In this document: one piece after another, positions 24,583 through 37,241 of the stretch
How the letters are laid out: each line of letters opens with the position of its first letter
Position numbering within the stretch: the first letter of the stretch is position 1
Assembly: GCA_004431415.1 (NCBI GenBank)
Contig: QPMI01000252.1
Coordinates: 38,309-102,308 of the forward strand
Length of the DNA: 64,000 nt
Reading direction: 5' to 3'
From: Cyanophora paradoxa CCMP329
Taxonomy: Eukaryota > Plantae > Glaucophyta
Position numbers and translations under genes: made by a program
The notes under the pieces: generated by a model
Database searches by the model: none
What the model saw: only the letters and a program-made list of their open reading frames with translations
Told to the model about the DNA's origin: nothing

Positions 24583-26426
24583 CCGGAGAGGGGTGCGAAA
24601 GCGCGCTCTTTGTGAGCTGAACCCCGCGAGGGCGCCGGGATGCGTCAGCGGAAGCCTCTCGAATGGGGCGCGGGGGCGGGGGTCACCTCGTCGCAGTCCC
24701 GTACGGAGAGGCACCAGAGGGCGGGGCAGGCGGCGAGGAGGCCGGCGAGGCTGGGGGCGTCGTCCGCTCCGAAGGGGCAACGAGCGAAGGAGAGGGAGCG
24801 GAGGGAGGTGTGCGGGCCGGAGAACTGAAGGGCCTCCAAAACGCGACCAGCGCCGTCCACCCTCCCTAGTTTAAGCAGCGCGGGGCGCGTGTGGGCGGCG
24901 TGAGGGGGCAGAGCGTGCGCATCGCACCTCCCGCAGGGCCGCGCCGGCGCGGGATCTCGAGGCGAGGGCGGCGGCCCACCAGTCGGAGCGCGTGAAGCGG
25001 CCGTTGAGGGTGAGAACCCGCAGGGGGGGGAAGGAGCCGGCGGGGGGTGGGGGGAGCGGGGGCCGCTCGGAGACCGCGCTGAACGCGTACATATCATTAT
25101 CAATGGTCAGACTGGAGAGGGCCGGCAGGGCGGCGAGGGCGCGGGCCGAGCCCGGCCCGCCAGGCCCCGCGAAATGGTCGTAAACGTCGCTCGAGATGTA
25201 GAGGGTCTCGAGGGTGGCGGCGGCCCCGCTCCGCTCCAGGCCGCCGAGCGCGACGGGGCGGGGCAACCAGCTGATTTGCAGCTTGCGCAGGCCCGCCACC
25301 AGGAGCAGGTCCTCCCAGCAGCCTGCGCACCCATCAGCGCGGCGTGTATTCGAGGGCGAGGGAACCGGAAGGGAGTACCGTCCAAGACGATCCCCGTCAG
25401 CTCGAGGGTGTGGAGCGACGGGGCGCAGCGGCGGACAATCGCCCCGAGCAGAGTAGAGGCCTCCTCGCAATATTGAGGCATGTCACCGACATTCACCTGC
25501 GCGGAAATACTTGAATGTGAGGCGGCGCGAGCGGCGCCAGGGCAGCAGCGGCAGGCGCGGCAGGCCCTGAGGTAGTGAAGGCTCAGCTTGGCGGCCGGGA
25601 CGGCGGCGAGGGCGTCGAGGCAGGCCCGGAGCTCGCCCGTGGCCCCCGGGGGAAGGGAGAGGAGGCGGAGGGAGACAAGGGAGGGCCAGCAAGGGAGGGC
25701 GGCGAGGAAGCGGGCCCCATGGTTGACTTTGCCGTTCGCGTTGACCGTGACCTCGCGGAGGCCGTTGAGGCGCGGCGCGCGCTCCGCGAGGAACGCGTCG
25801 ACGCCGCCCTCGAGGCCCGCCAGCCAGCGCTCGACAACGGAGATCCAGCCGACGAACTCGAAGAGCGCGAGCGGCCCGCCCGCCGCGTCGATCGCCTCCT
25901 TGAAGCGCTTGCAGACGGCGCGGAGCGCGTGTACCTCGCGCAGCGCCGCGGTCCAACGACGGCCGCCTTCAATCAATGGAAGCTGCGCGCGGCCGCGGTG
26001 GCCATGGCCCCGGCCCAGTTCCGAGTCAGCGCGAGCGCGCTTGCTCTAGCTCAGCTACTATAGCGCTAGCTAATATATACTAAAGCGTCAGAGCGTGCAT
26101 CGGGCGCGCGCCTACCTTTCGTGCCACGGCCCGCAGGATCTTCACGAGCAGCTCGTCGGGGAGCAACACAATTGGCGAGGGCGCTTCTTCCGATTGAAAA
26201 GCTGCCAAAGGCGCCTTAAGCTTCGAATTCTCCTGCAGCTGCATGCGCATGCGCAGGGCGCGATCGTCAGCGACAACGACCGCGCCCCGGGCAAAGGATC
26301 GGATGCAGTACGCACCGCAGCGGCGCTCGAAGCAGAAAGTTGGCCGCGCCTGCGCTTCGAATTCGCTGCGCAGGGCCCATCGCTCGAAGCCGCGAGGGTC
26401 CGCTTGCGCATGCCGTCGCGCGTCAT
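24410..26426 (-). CDS. F-box / LRR-like protein (3' end uncertain)
   Basis: LLPDELLVKILRAV|..LRAVCKRFKEAI F-box; LRR-like PSLVSLRL, PSLHTLEL, GLRKLQI, TLETLYI, ALSSLTI, PLRVLTL, SLRSLSF. Confidence 0.75.
24537..24581. repeat. Poly-G run (45 nt)
   Basis: Direct read; a second run of 27 G lies at 63512-63538. Confidence 0.9.
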
Positions 26427-26781
26427 TATGTCCTCAGCGATAAAAGCGTGCGGACGTCGACGCGGTACGCGCGCCGATTGCAATTGCCGCTTGAATTGCG
26501 CGCTTCAGAAGTTCGCTCTTAGAGACCTTCCGATCGCGATTCTTTTCCGAAGTTCCAGCGCTAGCGGCTTGTTTAGCATTGCACGTACTCAGCTCTGTTG
26601 AGACGATCGCGAAGCGAGGCGCACCAGGGTGAAATTTCACGTGCACGTTGTTTGACCAGCGCCCGCCAGCGCCGGCCGGGGTAAAGATTGCAGAAGGAGG
26701 GGGGGGGAAGAAGCTCCGAGGGAACGTGAGGTAAGTGGGGTGCGTGATTATCGTCTAGCGGGAGGACGTCAAGAAGCCGCG

Positions 26782-27764
26782 ATGGTGGTGCGCTGCGCAT
26801 GTGCATATGCGACGCGGCTCTGCAGTGTCACCGCTTACTCAGAGCTGACGCCGATGCAGCTGGAGGGCGTGTCGTCGAAGGCCGGCTTGATTGCCGGCGG
26901 CGCGGCGGCGGGTCTGGCTGCCCTCGCTGCGGTGGAGCGCGTGGGTATCAGGCATTATGCACAGATGCTTCCGGGTCCTCGGATGTGGGTGCCAGGCCTC
27001 GGGCAGCTCTGGGAGCTCATCTGGTGCGCGCTCCGATGCTTCGGGACCTCTAGATCTGATGCTAGCTGGCGGTTCGCCCCAGGGGTCCGTGGGAGTTCTA
27101 CGAGAGGATGGCCGAGAAGGGTAAGCTTGCTCACGTGGCCGCCGTTAAGCGCGGCTTCACACGCATGCGCAGGACCTCTGGCGTGGGCTTACGTTCTCGG
27201 GAAGGTTTTCATCCACAGCCGCGACTCTGAAAACTCGCGAAAGATTCTCTCCAGCGCTGCGTTCGTACCGTTCCTGTCGCTCAACGCACTAAAGATCCTG
27301 ACGAAGAAGACGAGTGCGTGTCGGTCGATCGGGCGCCTGACACTGGCCGCCAGCGTTTCTTTTTCCTAACGTTGTTTCTATCTCTTTCCATCGCTTTCTT
27401 CTATCCCAGTCGCGTTCATGGTGCGCTGTTGTTCTCCCGCGCTACCGCGCGACGGCCTTTAAATTTCCGGGATCCGATTGCGAGGGCCTCCGCAGGCGGG
27501 TGACGAGCACAAGGCGCTGAAGTCGAGCCTGATTCCGCTCTTTACCCCGAAGGCGATGGCGAACTACCTGCCGATCCAGGAGCGCTGCCTCCGCCAGTTC
27601 ATCGCGAAGTGGACCGAGACCGTCAAGGAGCCCACGGTCCGCGCCGACCGTCGCCGCCGCCGCCGCCAGCCGCGTGCTTTAATTTTTTATAATTCGCTCG
27701 GCAGGAGTTTCGCCCGCTCGCACGCGACGCAACGATGAACACCTCGATCCAGGTCTTCGTCGGT

Positions 27765-27795
<31 letters not shown>

Positions 27796-29217
27796 GCGCC
27801 ACTGCAGCCGACGTGCCGCGCGTCGCCGTCCTCGCAGGCCCGCACGTCGCGGAGGCGACTCGCAGCGAGATCGCGGACATGTACTACGAGATGAACCGCG
27901 GCTTCCTCTGCCTTCCCATCAACCTCCCCGGCACCCAGCTCAACAAGTCGGTCCGCATTCCGCCTCGTTTTGCGACGCGTCGGCGTCGTCGGCGGCGGCG
28001 GGGGCCGACTCGGGGTGCAGGTGAAGGCACGGGAGCGGCTGATCAGGATTTTGAAGGAGATCGCGCAGACCTCCTACTCCCGCATGCAACGCGGCGAGGA
28101 GCCCTTCGTGCGCGCCGCCTCCCTGAGGCGTGCGGGGCGGGCGGCCGATGCGGGGCTGACGGGGCGGGGCAGGGCGTGCTGGACATCTGGATGCAGGAGA
28201 TCCTGGCGGGGGCGGAGAAGAAGACGGGGGAAAAGAGGCTCACGGAGGAGCAGCTCGAGACCGTCTCCTTTACTTTGATGGCCTTCATGTTTGCCAGCCA
28301 GGTGCCCTGCCCCGCCCCGCCCCTGGCCCGCCCCACGCCGGCCGAGCGGGGAGGCAGGACGCGTCGACGTCGTCGCTGGTGTGGGTGGTGACCCTCCTCC
28401 ACAAGCACCCCGAAGTCCTCGTCCGCCCCGCCCCGCCCCGCCCGCCGCCGCCGCCGCCAGGGCCACCCCGCCGAGCTGCGAGCGCAGCAACGGATCCGGG
28501 AGGAGAACGCGCGGCTGAGGCCTCAGGACGAGGCGTTCACGCTGGAGACGCTGAACGAGATGGAGTACATGACGATGGCGGTGAAGGAGGTGCTGCGGTA
28601 CCGCCCGCCGGCGACGATGGTGCCCCACGAGGCCGTGCGCGACACGCCCCTCGGCAGCGACGGCTACGTCGCCAAGAAGGGCACCGTGCGCCCCGCCCAC
28701 CGCGCCCCGGGGCGCCTCGGGCCGACCTGAGTGCGTGCGGGCGGGGGGCAGGTGGTCTTCCCCTCGATCTGGTGCGCCTCGTTCGAGAACTTCACCGACC
28801 CGCACGCCTTCGACCCCGAGCGCTTCAAGTGCCCCCCCCGCGCCCCGCCCCGCCCCGCCGTCCTTGGTCCGACGGGGCGGGCCCGCCGGGCAGCGCGGAG
28901 CGGCGGGAGGACGAGAAGTTCCCGCGGAACATGCTGGTCTTCGGCATGGGGGCGCACGTGTGCCTCGGCAAGGCGTACGCCACCAACCAGCTCAAGATGT
29001 TCACGAGCCTCCTCGCCACGCACGCCGACTGGGACCGCCTCGTCCGCGACGGCGACGACGAGGCCCGCCCCGCCCCCCGCCCGGCCCCGCCCGGCCCCGC
29101 CCGCCCGCGCTGACCCCCGGGCCCTCGCAGATCGTCTTCACGCCGACGATCTGCCCCAAGTCCTGCATGGCATCCTTCAAGCCGGCCGGCTTCGCCCTCA
29201 AGCCCCCGAAGGCGTGA
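26782..29217 (+). CDS. CYP710: Cytochrome P450, sterol C-22 desaturase (CYP710/ERG5 family)
   Basis: I-helix FMFASQ|DASTSSL; EVLRYRPPATMVPH; FDPERF; heme motif FGMGAHVCLG; C-terminal IVFTPTICPK. Confidence 0.92.
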
Positions 29218-29520
29218 TTTCAACCCGCATTTCCCTGCCTCATGATCACTCGCGCCCCGGCCGTCCGGCGGCGGCCCGGCGCCACATGTACACCACAGGG
29301 GTTCCGCCCCTCTTGCGAGCTGCTTTGCACAGCAGAATGTACTCCGCCAACGTTTTAATGCAGTTATTATCACCAGGATAGTTCAGTTCGCTTTTGTACG
29401 TTTGATTTCGTGTATTGGTTATGAAGATCAATTTTGCTTTTTCAAGTTTATCCGGGCCGGGGTAGGCCGAGCGCTAGCTAGCTGGGTTGTCCGGCCGAGC
29501 TGCAGCTGCAGGACAGAAGC

Positions 29521-30546
29521 ATGCGCGCCCTTGTCGTCATCCCGGCGAGGTACGGGGCGCAGAGGTTCCCGGCCAAGCCCCTCGCCCAGTTCCGCGGCAA
29601 GCCGATGGTCGTGGTGCGCCCGCGCCGCCCCCGCGAGGCGGCGCGCGGGGCGGCCGAGGGTCGTGCGCGCAGCAAACGTACCTCTCGTGCATGCGCTCGA
29701 AGCTGGCCGATCGCGTGGTCGTGGCCACGGACGACCAGCGGATCGCGGACGCGGTGGCCCAACACGGCGGCGTGGCGCTCATGACCTCGCCCAGCTGCGA
29801 GAACGGTGCGCGCAGGCTCGACGAGGCGCGCGTAGCGCGTCGCGCCGGCTCGATCGGGGGCGGGCGGCAGGGACGGAGCGGGTGCGGGAGGCGGTGGAGC
29901 AGCTGGGCGCGGGCGCGGCGGACGTGGACATCGTGGTGAACGTGCAGGGGGACGAGCCCTGCGTCGACCCCGAGCACATCGACGCCGTCGTCCGCACCCT
30001 CCGCGAGGAGCGCGACGAGTCCGTCGCTGTCGCGTGCGCGCGCCCACCTTGCAGCCTGGGGCACGGCCGCGGGCCTGGTCCGAGCGGGCTCGCGCGCAGG
30101 ACCATCGCGACGCCGCTGCGCGACGAGCGCGCCGCACACGACCGCAACGTCGTCAAGTGCGCGGCCCGCCGCGGCCCCGGGCCCTCGCGGCGCGCGACCG
30201 GGGGCGGCGCAGGTGCGTGCGGACGGCGCAGGGGCGGGCGCTGTACTTCTCGCGGGCGCTGGTGCCGCACAGCAAGAGCGGGGCCTTCGAGCCGGAGCGC
30301 TTCCCCTACCTGCGCCACGTCGGCCTCTACGCCTTCCGCCGCCACTTCCTCCTCCGCCTCCTCCCCGCCCTGCCCCGCTCGCCCCTGCAGGAGTGCGAGG
30401 ACCTCGAGCAGCTGCGCGTGCTGGAGGCCGGCTACGGCATCCGCGTCGAGCTCGTCCCCCGCGCCCTCCCCGGCGTCGACACCCCCGAGGGCCTCGCCGA
30501 CCTCGAGCGCCTCGCCCCGCTCCCCTGGCCCCCCGCGCCCCCGTGA
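29521..30546 (+). CDS. kdsB: CMP-Kdo synthetase (3-deoxy-manno-octulosonate cytidylyltransferase)
   Basis: IPARYGAQRFPAKPL, VATDDQRI, NGTER, VNVQGDEP, ALYFSRA, HVGLYAFRR, EDLEQLRVLE, GVDTPE. Confidence 0.93.
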
Positions 30547-30590
30547 CCCCCCGCCCCGCCTTGCACTGTCACTTTTGAGGAGACGCCTGC

Positions 30591-32707
30591 CTAGGACTCT
30601 GTCATGCTCTCGGCGCCTGTGCTGGGGGGCGGCGCCGGCGCCTCCCGCGCGCTCAGGATGCTCTCCATGATCTGCCCCCCGCGTCAGCGCCGCCGCCGGC
30701 GAGACGCGAGGCGGGCGCGGGGGCGGGCGGGCCTGGGGTATGGACTCGAGGGCGGAGTCGAGGATGAGCATGCGGTTGAGGCGGGCGGCGGCGATGCCGC
30801 GGGGCACGGGCTCGCGCTCGCGCAGGAGGGCGGCGCGGGCCTCCTCGGGGGTGCCGGGGAGGAGGGCGCGGAGGGCGGCGAGGGCGGGGCGGAGCCAGAG
30901 GAGGGCCCGGTACTCGTGCTCGAAGGTCGTCGCGTCCCAGCGGAACAGCGCGTACAGCAGCATGTCCCCGGGGGCGTACAGCATCCGCCGCCGCTTCTCC
31001 GCCCCCGCATCCTCCCGCTCCGCCTGCATCGCCCCGCTGCACCGGTACTGGTGCGCCACCGCGTGCGCCATCAGCTGCTCCGGGAACGCCTGCCCTCGCC
31101 TCGTCAGATCGAGCGCGGGGCGCGGGACGGGGCCTTGCGGGCCTTGTAGGTGAGGGAGTACATGGCGACGGTGAGCTCGGGGCGGGCGGCGAGGGCGCGC
31201 CGCGTCGCCGGCGACGGGTCGTACAGCAGCGAGATGCGCTCCGAGCACTGCCGCCCCGCATCCGCTCGGGCCCGGACGGGGCGGGGCGGGGGGCGGGGGG
31301 GCGGGACCTTGGGGTGGGCGCCGAGGAGCGGGGAGGAGGAGAGGGGGAAGGGGGAGGTGTTGCCGCGGGAGGAGGGGTCGAGGACGACCTCCGTGATGAC
31401 GGCGACGGGCACGAAGTCCTGCTCCACCCCCGCCACGAACCTGCCGCCCCGGCCCCGCATGCTCGCCCCGAGGCCGGGCGAGGCGCGGGAGGGGGCCGGC
31501 GCACCCGAAGTTGGCGAGGAGGTCGGTGCCGGTCATGGTGTCGTAGCGGGCGAAGAGCTGCTCGCCGGCGCGGCGCGGGTGCACGGAGACGAGGCGGGCG
31601 CGGACGATCTCCTGCTGGGGCGCCTGCCCGCGGAAGAGCCCCGCGAAGGCCTCCCCCTCGGGGTGGCTGTTCGCGAAGTCCAGCCCCGGGACGAGCCCCG
31701 CCGCGTACTTGCGCGACGTCACCATCGCGCACGCCCACCGCAGCCCCTCCTGCGCCCCGCCGCTCGGCCCCGCCCCGCCCACATCCGCCACGGGGGCCGG
31801 CGGGGCGCGCACGAGGCTGGCGAGCTCGGGGGCGATGCCGAACTCCGTCGCGCGCGGCTCCAGCACCTGGCTCTGCATCCGCTGCATCTCCGCCAGCATC
31901 GTCCGCACCATCTCTGCGCCCCGCCCCGCCCCACACGTCGGGCCACGCCGCGGGGCGGGCCGTGGGGGGCGCACGCTGCGTGGCGGGGCTCGGGATCTCC
32001 GGCACGTCCGCCTCCGTCATGTAGAACATCGCGCTCGACTTGCCGGGCAGCATCCGTGCGCCAGCGAATCAAGGCGCGCGGCTGGGCGGCGGCAGCGCTC
32101 GCGGCCGCGGGCGGCGCGCAGGCAGGCGGCAAGGATATGAAGGTAGGGCGCCCAGAAGGAGTCGGCCTTGGACTTCTCCTGCAGGAGCCGCAGCGCGAGG
32201 CACCAGTCCTCGATCCCCTCGAATGTCTGGGGGATTAGCTGCGCCACCGCCGGCGTGCACGTGAGGAACAGAGCCGCCGGGACGTCAATGAGCGCGGTAT
32301 CCGCCTGCCGCCCAGCGCTCTGTTAGATTTGATCGACGCGAGTTTCGGGAGTTGCGCCGGGGCGCGTTGCGGGAATGACGGATCGCACGCCAGGCCTATA
32401 GCGGCGGCGGGGGGATGCGTCCACGCACGGCGACGTCGCGCGTTGCTATGAGGCCGAAGCCGTACGTCGAGCCGAAGTCGTGAATCGCCGAGCCGTTGAA
32501 GACGGCGCCGTTGGAAGTCAACCATCGCGTGATATCTTCTATTTGCCGCTCTGCGCGACCGCAGCGCGGTCGGAGACCGTTGGGCAAGAAGCGCGGTGCC
32601 GCCGGCGGACCTTCAGCTGTGAGCTCCGCAGCAGCAGCGGCCGGAAGCCAGCACGCCAGCAACACCGCCAGCACCGCGCCCACGCATGCCGCCGCGCGGC
32701 GCGACAT
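30591..32707 (-). CDS. SET-domain protein (Rubisco-LSMT/SETD3-like) with N-terminal signal peptide
   Basis: WLTSNGA..GFGLIATRD, LALRLLQEK..SFWAPYLHILP, WACAMVTSR, LVPGLDFANS, GEQLFARY..LLANFGF; hydrophobic leader ending AAAAA. Confidence 0.8.
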
Positions 32708-32823
32708 TCTGCAGTGTACCCGTCCGGGCAAAACTTCGCGCTGCTGAAAGGCGCAAACGAGCACCAGCCCGAAGCGCGGTAGCTATAAGCGCGGGCTAAT
32801 TGTGGCCCGCGCGCGATCCCAGC

Positions 32824-34664
32824 ATGAACTCGCTGGACGCAGCAGCGGACGTCGGCGAGCCAGCCAAGCCTGCACTGGTCGAGACGCCCGGGTTGATCGA
32901 GAGAGCGCAACAATGGGTGCGCGCTCAGGGCGTCATGCGCGCGCCGCCGCACCGAGCAGCGCCGCTTGCGCCGCGATCTGAGCGCCTGTCAGTGCCTCGA
33001 CGTCGTGGGGCGCGTCTTGCGGCTACTCGGAAAAGGCTTTCTGGTTGCCGTCAAGATCGGGCTGATGCTCGCCGTGGCGGTCCTGACGTACGCGATGCTG
33101 TACTGGGTCCTCGTGCCGCAGCGCCTCTACGAGCGGCCGCTGCACTTCAACTTCCAGTGCGGAATGCGCATCCTCCCGCGCATCGCCAGCGGTTCACGGG
33201 TCCGGCGCAGGCTGCGCGACGAGGACGGGGCGCTGCAGCCGCCGACAGCGGTGGCGCGCTTCGGCGAGGGCCCCGCGCACAAGCGGCTGCTGCACGCGGG
33301 GCAGATGATCGACGCCGTCGTCGAGCTCGAGCTGCCCGAGACGCCGGAGAACCGCGAGGCCGGTGCGAGCCGCGCGGGGTGCCCCGGCCCTCCGACGCGC
33401 GCCGCGCCGCCTCAGGGCCCCCGCAGGCCTCTTCATGGTCGAGCTCGAGCTTCTCTCCGGGGACAACGAGACCCTCGCCCGCGCCTCCAGGCCGGTGCCC
33501 CGCCCCGCCCCGTCCCGCAGCCGGCCCCGCCGACGCGGGGCGGCGCGGGGCGGGGCCAGTGCATGCTGCGGTACAGGAGCCCGCTGCACGCCCTCATGCG
33601 CACCCTCGCCTTCTCCACGCTCCTCCTCTCCGGTGCGCCGCGGCGCGGGGCGCGCCGCTCGGGGGAACTCGGCTCGGGGCGAGCGGGGGCGGGGGGCGGG
33701 GCTGCAGGGCTGCTGGACGAGGCGCAGCGGCTACGGGTGCACTTCGAGGAGGGCTTCCTCGAGCGCCCGGCGCGCCCCTCCGGCCCCCGCGCACCGCGCC
33801 TGACGGGAGCTGACCTGCGCTGGGGGGGCGCTGCGGGGCGGGGCGCAGGAGGCGCCGCTGCGGGCGGTGGCGGTGCGGCTGTCGGACGAGCGGGTGCAGC
33901 TCTACTCCGCCGGCCTCACCCTCGTCACCCGCATGCGCGGCCTCGCGTGCGCGCGCCCCCGTGCCGGCCAGGGCCTCCCGCCCCGGCGGCGAGCAGGGCG
34001 CAGGTACGGGATGTACCACTACCGGGCGGCGGCCTTCGCGGTGGGCGTGGCGGGCCTCTTCGCGGCGCAGGCCGGCCTCCTCGCCGCCCTCCGCCTCTAC
34101 CGCTTCCTCGTCCGCCCCCGCCCCCGCCCCGCCCTCCCCCGCCTTCCTCGACCCCGCCGGCAGCACGCCGCCGCCGCCGAGGCCGCCGCCGAGGAGGCGG
34201 CCGCCCTGGAGGGATGGCGCGGGGCGGCCGCCGCCCCGCCTCCGAGCCGGAACGGGCGGCCCCGGGGAGGGCGGGCGGGCGGCGCCGTACCCTTGGCCGG
34301 CATCACGCGCGGGCGCGCGCTGGATGCCCTCGAGGGGCCCGCCCCGGAGCCGGCGCCGGCCGGAGCCCCGCCCCGGCCCTCCCGGCGCCTCGCCGGGCGC
34401 CCGCGCGGCGGCGGGGAGCGGGCGGGCGGGGGCGGCGAGGGGAGGAGAGGGGCCGGCGCGGGGGCCTAGCGGCAGGGGCGGCAGGGGCGGGGCGGGGGCG
34501 GGGAGGGCGGGGACGACGGGGCGGGGACGGGGGCGCTGGAGCGGCCGGTGCCGGCGGCGCGGGGCCCCGCCTTCGACCCGCGCCCCGCCGCCTCGGGGAG
34601 CCTCACCCGCCGCCCCGCCCCCGCCCCCGCCGGCGAATCCGAGGGCGGCACCGAGGACGGGTAG
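32824..34664 (+). CDS. Seipin (lipid-droplet biogenesis; 3' end approximate)
   Basis: TM..YWVLVP..PLHFNF; GQMIDAVVELELPETPENREAG|LFMV; MLRYRSPL; LYSAGL..RGL.|YGMYHY followed by a second TM. Confidence 0.87.
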
Positions 34665-34975
34665 GAGCGGACGGGTAGGAGCCCCTGGCAGCCGCCCGAC
34701 CTGTTGAGTGCGCATGCGATGCCGATGATGATGAATAGTAATTGGTCACACTGCAATCCAAGACACACTAGTCGCAGGGGACACGGACATCTCGATACAG
34801 ACTGCAATACAGAGCCTGTGGTGACCTGTAATGATTGCTAATTACACAACTGCACCTATCCAAATGATGCTTCTAGGAGAAAGGCGCGAAATGCACTAAA
34901 CGCGCGGCCCCAAAAAGTCGGGGAGGGGCGCGGAGCAGCGTCGGACGGCTGCAGCGGGGGGCACCCGGCGTCGAT

Positions 34976-36904
34976 TTACCTGCGGGGCGGGGAGTCAGGG
35001 GCGCTGTGGAAGCGGGGGCGGGGCGGGGCGGGGCGGGGCGGACCAGACGTAGGGGATGATCTTGTAGGGGACGACCTGGCAGTACTTGTCCCAGTGCTTG
35101 CCGTACTTGGAGGAGCAGCGCAGGTGGTCGCGGTGCTGCCAGCGCGGGTAAGGGGCGCCGGCGGGGAGGCCGCGGGGGCCGGGCCGGGGCGGGGCGGGGC
35201 GGACGCGGCGGTGCATGAGGATGGAGAAGAGGATGAAGAAGTAGGCGTAGCCGTAGATGTGGGTGAAGCCGGTGGGGAGGCACCAGGCGAGGGCCATGCA
35301 GAGGTCGCCGAAGTAGTTCACGTGGCGCGCCATGCCCCACCAGCCGGACGTCAGCAGCTTCGACTCCACCTCCGTGCCGTCCGGCTTCTTGTACGTCGCC
35401 GTGATGTACGTCGGCTTCTTGCCCCAGATCAGCTGCTTCCCGTCCGACTGCCGGAAGTGCCTGCCCGCCGCCCCGCGTCGGCGAGGGGCCGGGCGGGGGC
35501 GCGGAGGCGGGCGGGGCGGGGCGGGCGGACATCTTCTGGTTGTTGACGGAGCGGAAGAGCCAGAGGCCGAAGAGGTTGAGCGAGACGATGGCGGCGAGGA
35601 CAGCGGGGCTCAGCTCCACGGGGTGGGTGACGAGGAAGAAGCCCTGGAGGGTGTAGGCGTAGGGGAGGAAGACGTTGTCGCCGTAGGCGTAGTAGAAGCC
35701 GAAGTGGTCGAGCATGATGTCCAGCGTCGCCAGGTACCTGCCCCGCCGCCGCTCAGCGCGGGGCGGCGGGGCGGCGGCGGCCGGGCAGGCGGGGGCACCA
35801 GTCCTCGCCGATGAAGAAGTCCAGGACGTAGAGGAAGTGGAAGATGTTCACGAGGATCATCGAGGGCGTGACCTGCGCCGCCGCCGGCCTCGGCCCGCGC
35901 CCCGGCGCGGAGGGCGGGGCCGGCGGGCGAGGGGCGCGCACCACGCCGTGGAGCTCGTACTGCTTGGCGGCGAAGGAGAGGTTGAGGAGGGGCCAGCCGG
36001 CGATGCCCGGGCGCCCGTTGAAGAAGAGCTTGAAGTCGAAGTTGCCGAAGCGCGGGTTCAGCTCGACGCCCCACAGCATGTCGTACGGCACGTTGCCGCT
36101 CCGCTTGATGTCGTCGTTCGTCGGCGCCACGTAGCTCTGCCGCCGCCGCGTCGGCGCGGCCGGCGCTGCGGCGCGCCCGGCGCAGCGGACCTTGATGTAC
36201 GCGAGGACGGTCAGCGTGTACCCGAAGATGTTGGCAATGACGAGCATGTAGCCCCAGTGGTCGTAGATGATGGTCGCCGAGAAGAGGTTCAGCTGGAAGG
36301 AGCAGAGGGAGAAGAGCGCGACGGAGAAGAGCATGCACCGCAGGCCGTTGACCTGTGCGACGGTGCCGAAAGTCGTAAACAAAAGGTTCAACGCGATCGG
36401 CACGCGCCGCCGCGCCGGCCGGCGCCCGCGCTCGAAGCCGTCGGCGCACCCGGTACGGGAGCTTGTGGCCCTTCGGGGTGGTGTCGCCGTACGCGATGGG
36501 CGACGGCATCGCGAACCAGAGGAAGATCTGGAACGCGTACCAGCCCGCCCAGATGTAGAAAGCTCTGAGCATGTTAGCCCAGCCCGCAGCCTGCTCGATA
36601 CCTGCGCGTGCCGGTCACGCGCGGCCTCCCGCGGAACGCCAGACGACAGCGCACGGTACTGCTCCGTAACGTAGTCCACAATCTTCGAAAACTGGAGCGC
36701 CGGCTCGATCATAGAGCAATCGAAGGCCTTGTGGGAGATGAAGAAGTAGATGACGAGAATGGGGGCGCAGAGCATAAGAAGCAGGACGCCAAACGTTCCT
36801 CCGCACTCGCCGCTGACGGGCTTCCCCCAGTCCTCATCGCCCATGCGCTTCTTCTGCTTGATGCTGTCGGACTGTCCTCCATTTGTCGGTACAAGGGGCG
36901 GCAT
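34976..36904 (-). CDS. DHCR7: Sterol delta-7 reductase (7-dehydrocholesterol reductase, ERG4/ERG24 family)
   Basis: GVELNPRFGNFDFKLFFNGRPGI, LDIMLDHFGF, LLTSGWWGMARHVNYFGDL, RCSSKYGKHWDKY; the final Trp codon is split by an intron just before TAA. Confidence 0.9.
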
Positions 36905-37241
36905 TTTGCTATCTGCAAGGCTGATGTTAGCGAAAGAAGCGCACGCGAGCCGCTCCCCGGTCGGGGAGGGCGGGCAGTTGAAAAACTGGTGAAGCCGCGG
37001 AGCTAGGGGCCGCCGGGCCGACGGGCCGGGTCATTCTTTCTATCGCGATTCACGAGCAACTGCAAACGCGCGAACCTGGAGGCCGGGGGACCGGGCCGGG
37101 GGACGAACTGAGAAGAAAGTGCCAGTCAGTTAGGTTGGTGCCGCACGCGGTACCGCTAAAGCCCGACGCGCGCGCTCCGGACTTGCGCGGCACTACCCTC
37201 GCAAACGGCGCGAGACACGCACCTAGCCGCACGCGCGCCAG

